Source: an archaeon (GTDB taxonomy: Archaea > Iainarchaeota > Iainarchaeia > Iainarchaeales > 1-14-0-10-31-34). From it: DNA of 18,762 bases. Shown here one piece after another: positions 16,097-18,762 of the stretch. Each line of letters starts with the position of its first letter. Within the stretch, counting starts at the first letter, position 1. The stretch spans positions 1 to 18,762 of the forward strand of contig JBDRFE010000014.1 in NCBI GenBank assembly GCA_043819075.1, read 5' to 3'. A program made the translations under genes and the position numbers. The notes beneath the pieces are model-generated. The model did not search any database, was not told the DNA's origin, and worked only from the letters and a program-made list of their open reading frames with translations.

Positions 16097-17299
16097 ATGA
16101 TGGATTCAGAATTAATTTCAACTGCGTTTGAAAACCTGAAAAGGCAGAAATTCAGGTCAGCGCTTACATTGCTTGGAATAATCATCGGAATAGGCTCTGT
16201 TGTTGCATTAATTTCAATCGGCGACGGCTTCAACAAATCAGTTGAAAAAGAATTCGAGAAAATGGGTTCAAACACTTTAATTGTATTGCCTGGCTCAAGC
16301 CTTATTTCAACTTTTTTTGCAAAACTCGACAAAGATGACGTTAAAAAAATTGAAGCAGTCAAAGGAGTTGAAGGCGCAACACCAATGTATTTGTCTTCGC
16401 AGATTCTTTCCTTTAAAGAAGAAAAAAAAAGTGTGTTGATTGCAGGCATTGACACAAAAAAACAGGCTCTCTTAAAAGACATGGGGATGCTTGACATTAA
16501 CAGCGGAAGAACTTTAACTTCCTCTGACACTTACGCAGTATTAATTGGCTCAAGGTTTGCAAAAGATCAGTTTGATTCAGAAATAGAAGTAAAGCAAAGC
16601 CTGAAATTAGACGGAGATTACTTAAAAGTTGTAGGCATTACAAAAACAGCAGGCCAGTCATTTGGCGCAATGTTTGACAATGCAATAATAATGAATTATG
16701 AAACACTAGAAAAAATAACCGGAACAGAATTAACTCCTTTCAGGATTTTTGTAAAAGCAGTCAGCAAAGAAGAAGTTTCTGAAGTAAAAGAAAGACTCAA
16801 AAGAGAACTCAAAAAAGCTCATGGAAAAGAAGACTTTCAGATAATGACTGCCTCGCAGATACAGGAATCAGCTTTATCTGTTTTAGGCTTAATTCAATTA
16901 GTTTTGGTTTTCATTGCGGCAATTTCTTTGGTTGTCGGCGGAATCGGCATAATGAACACAATGTTAATGGCAGTAACTGAAAGAACAAAAGAAATCGGAG
17001 TAATGAAAGCAATTGGCGCGACAAACAATATTGTGTTGTCTCTTTTCCTGACAGAATCAGGTTTAATCGGCTTAATCGGCGGAACAATTGGATACTTGTT
17101 TGGTTTTGGCATTGCATTAATCGGAGGAATTGTTGCAAGCTCTTCCGGAATAGATTTGCTGATAAGCTTTGACCCCCTGCTGATGATTGGCTCGCTTGCT
17201 TTTGCTTTTTTAATCGGAATGATTTCAGGTTTTGTTCCCTCAAGAAGAGCTGCAATGCTTGAACCAATAGAAGCACTGAGACAAGGTGAAAAGGATTAG
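16097..17299 (+). CDS. ABC transporter permease, MacB/FtsX family (paralog 2)
   Basis: RSALTLLGIIIGI, ISLVVGGIGIMNTMLMAVTERTKEIGVMKAIGA, PSRRAAMLEPIEALR. Confidence 0.94.
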   Translation: MMDSELISTAFENLKRQKFRSALTLLGIIIGIGSVVALISIGDGFNKSVEKEFEKMGSNTLIVLPGSSLISTFFAKLDKDDVKKIEAVKGVEGATPMYLSSQILSFKEEKKSVLIAGIDTKKQALLKDMGMLDINSGRTLTSSDTYAVLIGSRFAKDQFDSEIEVKQSLKLDGDYLKVVGITKTAGQSFGAMFDNAIIMNYETLEKITGTELTPFRIFVKAVSKEEVSEVKERLKRELKKAHGKEDFQIMTASQIQESALSVLGLIQLVLVFIAAISLVVGGIGIMNTMLMAVTERTKEIGVMKAIGATNNIVLSLFLTESGLIGLIGGTIGYLFGFGIALIGGIVASSSGIDLLISFDPLLMIGSLAFAFLIGMISGFVPSRRAAMLEPIEALRQGEKD

Positions 17300-17334
17300 T
17301 TACTCTGTATTGAGTAACCTAACATTTTTAAGTA
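17299..17334 (+). promoter_or_regulatory. Palindrome plus putative TATA box upstream of the riboflavin operon
   Basis: GTTACTC-N6-GAGTAAC (17299-17318) followed by TTTAAGTA (17327-17334). Confidence 0.4.
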
Positions 17335-17371
17335 CTTTTACACTATTCTTGTTTAGCTGATTGTGGTTTGA

Positions 17372-18286
17372 ATGAAGATTGGAGTAGCTGACACGACTTT
17401 TTCAAGGGTAGACTTGTTTGCTTTTGTAAAAGAACAGTTAAATGAACTGAATTTTTCAGGGGAAATTGAAAGATACACTGTTCCGGGCGTAAAAGACCTG
17501 CCTGTTGCCTGCCAGAAATTATTCAAGGACTTTAACTGCGACATTGTATTGGCTTTAGGCATGCCCGGCAGAGAAAAAATTGATAAAACCTGCTCGCATG
17601 AAGCCTCAATGTCAATCCAGCAAGTACAGTTATTATTCAACAAGCATATTCTGGAAGTTTTTGTTCACTTGGATGAAGCAATGAATGACAAACAGTTGTA
17701 TGAGATTGCAAAAAACAGGACAAAAAAGCATGTACTTAATGCAGTTAAGCTGATTGAAAGCAAAACCTCTCTTTCTTATTTTGCAGGAAAAGGCTTAAGG
17801 CAGGGATTTGAAAATGAAGGAACACTGGCTTTTTCCAAAAGCCAAGTTGCCAAAAACAGTTCGCAAAGCGAACGAGAAATTAATTTAGGCTTGGTTGTAT
17901 GTGATTTTCATTCAGATATAACAAAAAAAATGGAGTCCATTGCTTTGGCGCACGCAAAAAAGCTTAATGCAAAAATCGTTAAAACAATTCATGTTCCAGG
18001 TGCATTTGACGCCCCTCTTGCAGTAAAAAAACTTTTGAAAGAAAAAGATGTTCAAGGAGTAGTTGTTTTGGGAACAGTAATTCAGGGAGAAACTTCTCAT
18101 GATGAATTAGTTGCTTTTTCGTGTGCGGAAAAAGTTTTGTCTCTTTCACTTGAATTCAACAAGCCAGTTGGCTTTGGTGTTTCAGGGCCAAGGATTTCAA
18201 AAGAAAATGCAGTTAACAGAATTAAGCCTTATTCTGAGAGGGCGGTTGAAGCTGCTTTAAGTTTAATTAATTCTCTGGAGGAATAA
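17372..18286 (+). CDS. ribC-ribH: Fusion of archaeal riboflavin synthase (N-terminal) and lumazine synthase (C-terminal)
   Basis: RibC part: KIGVADTTFSRVD, YTVPGVKDLPVA, LGMPG, HILEVFVHLDEA, AGKGLRQG. A ~17-aa linker follows. RibH part: VPGAFDAPLA, LGTVIQGETSHD, KPVGFGVSGP. Confidence 0.92.
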   Translation: MKIGVADTTFSRVDLFAFVKEQLNELNFSGEIERYTVPGVKDLPVACQKLFKDFNCDIVLALGMPGREKIDKTCSHEASMSIQQVQLLFNKHILEVFVHLDEAMNDKQLYEIAKNRTKKHVLNAVKLIESKTSLSYFAGKGLRQGFENEGTLAFSKSQVAKNSSQSEREINLGLVVCDFHSDITKKMESIALAHAKKLNAKIVKTIHVPGAFDAPLAVKKLLKEKDVQGVVVLGTVIQGETSHDELVAFSCAEKVLSLSLEFNKPVGFGVSGPRISKENAVNRIKPYSERAVEAALSLINSLEE

Positions 18287-18287
18287 A

Positions 18288-18762
18288 ATGTTTTCTTCAA
18301 TTGATGAATCATTAAAGGATTTAAGGAAAGGAAATTTTGTAATAGTTTTTGATGACCTGAAAAGAGAAGCCGAAGGCGACTTGTTTATTCCGGCAGAAAA
18401 AATTTCAGAAAAAAAAATGGCTTTTTTGATTAATGAATCATCCGGCATTATCTGTGTTCCGATGGAGGAAAGCCGTTTAATTGAATTAGGCATTCCCCGC
18501 ATGGTTGAAAAAAATTCTGATAACTTTGACACAAGCTTTTCTGTTTCAGTTGATGCAGTCCAAAAAGTGTCTTCCGGCATTTCAGCTAAAGACCGCACTG
18601 CAACAATAAAGGCTTTGATTAATCCTGTTTCAAGGAAAACTGATTTCGGCAAGCCAGGGCATGTTTTTCCTTTAATTTCACACTCATTAGGCGTTCTTGG
18701 AAGAAAAGGCCATACAGAGGTTGCAGTGGATTTATGTCGTTTGTCAGAGCATTATCCTGCCG
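18288..18762 (+). CDS. ribB: 3,4-dihydroxy-2-butanone 4-phosphate synthase (partial, runs off the window; a RibBA fusion cannot be excluded)
   Basis: Manual translation MFSSIDESLKDLRKGNFVIVFDDLKREAEGDL...SGIICVP...FSVSVDA...SGISAKDR...PGHVFPL...GVLGRKGHTEVAVDL. Absent from the ORF track. Confidence 0.93.
   Translation, partial: MFSSIDESLKDLRKGNFVIVFDDLKREAEGDLFIPAEKISEKKMAFLINESSGIICVPMEESRLIELGIPRMVEKNSDNFDTSFSVSVDAVQKVSSGISAKDRTATIKALINPVSRKTDFGKPGHVFPLISHSLGVLGRKGHTEVAVDLCRLSEHYPA

Noticed and set aside
15608..17020. Near-identical DNA segments in the two permease genes as recent duplication or gene conversion
   Set aside because: Similarity is confined to the conserved MacB motif and has many synonymous differences; ordinary paralogy.
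17300..17371. FMN riboswitch upstream of rib genes
   Set aside because: The gap is too short and lacks RFN consensus segments.

Overview
AT-rich archaeal chromosomal window, probably from a DPANN-type archaeon. The evidence is TATA boxes about 25-30 nt before start codons, an intron-containing tRNA, archaeal-type riboflavin synthase and a COG1361/MacB-type ABC cluster; the lineage is inferred. Housekeeping content: pdxS/pdxT, a type II pantothenate kinase, tRNA-Val(CAC), tRNA-Leu(TAG) with a 35-nt intron, DUF47 + PiT, RdgB/HAM1, a class I aminotransferase, ATP-type PEP carboxykinase, an ABC ATPase/COG1361/two-permease cluster and the start of a riboflavin operon. Most notable: (1) a free-standing two-motif LAGLIDADG ORF that reads through the tRNA-Leu 5' exon and stops inside its intron; (2) a GC-rich multi-hairpin element with compensatory changes that recurs upstream of pdxS and of the pantothenate kinase; (3) a RibC-RibH fusion whose linker DNA resembles a palindromic repeat found intergenically about 1.8 kb upstream; (4) an uncalled 47-aa antitoxin-like ORF between pdxS and pdxT; (5) a possible C/D-box sRNA end at the left edge.
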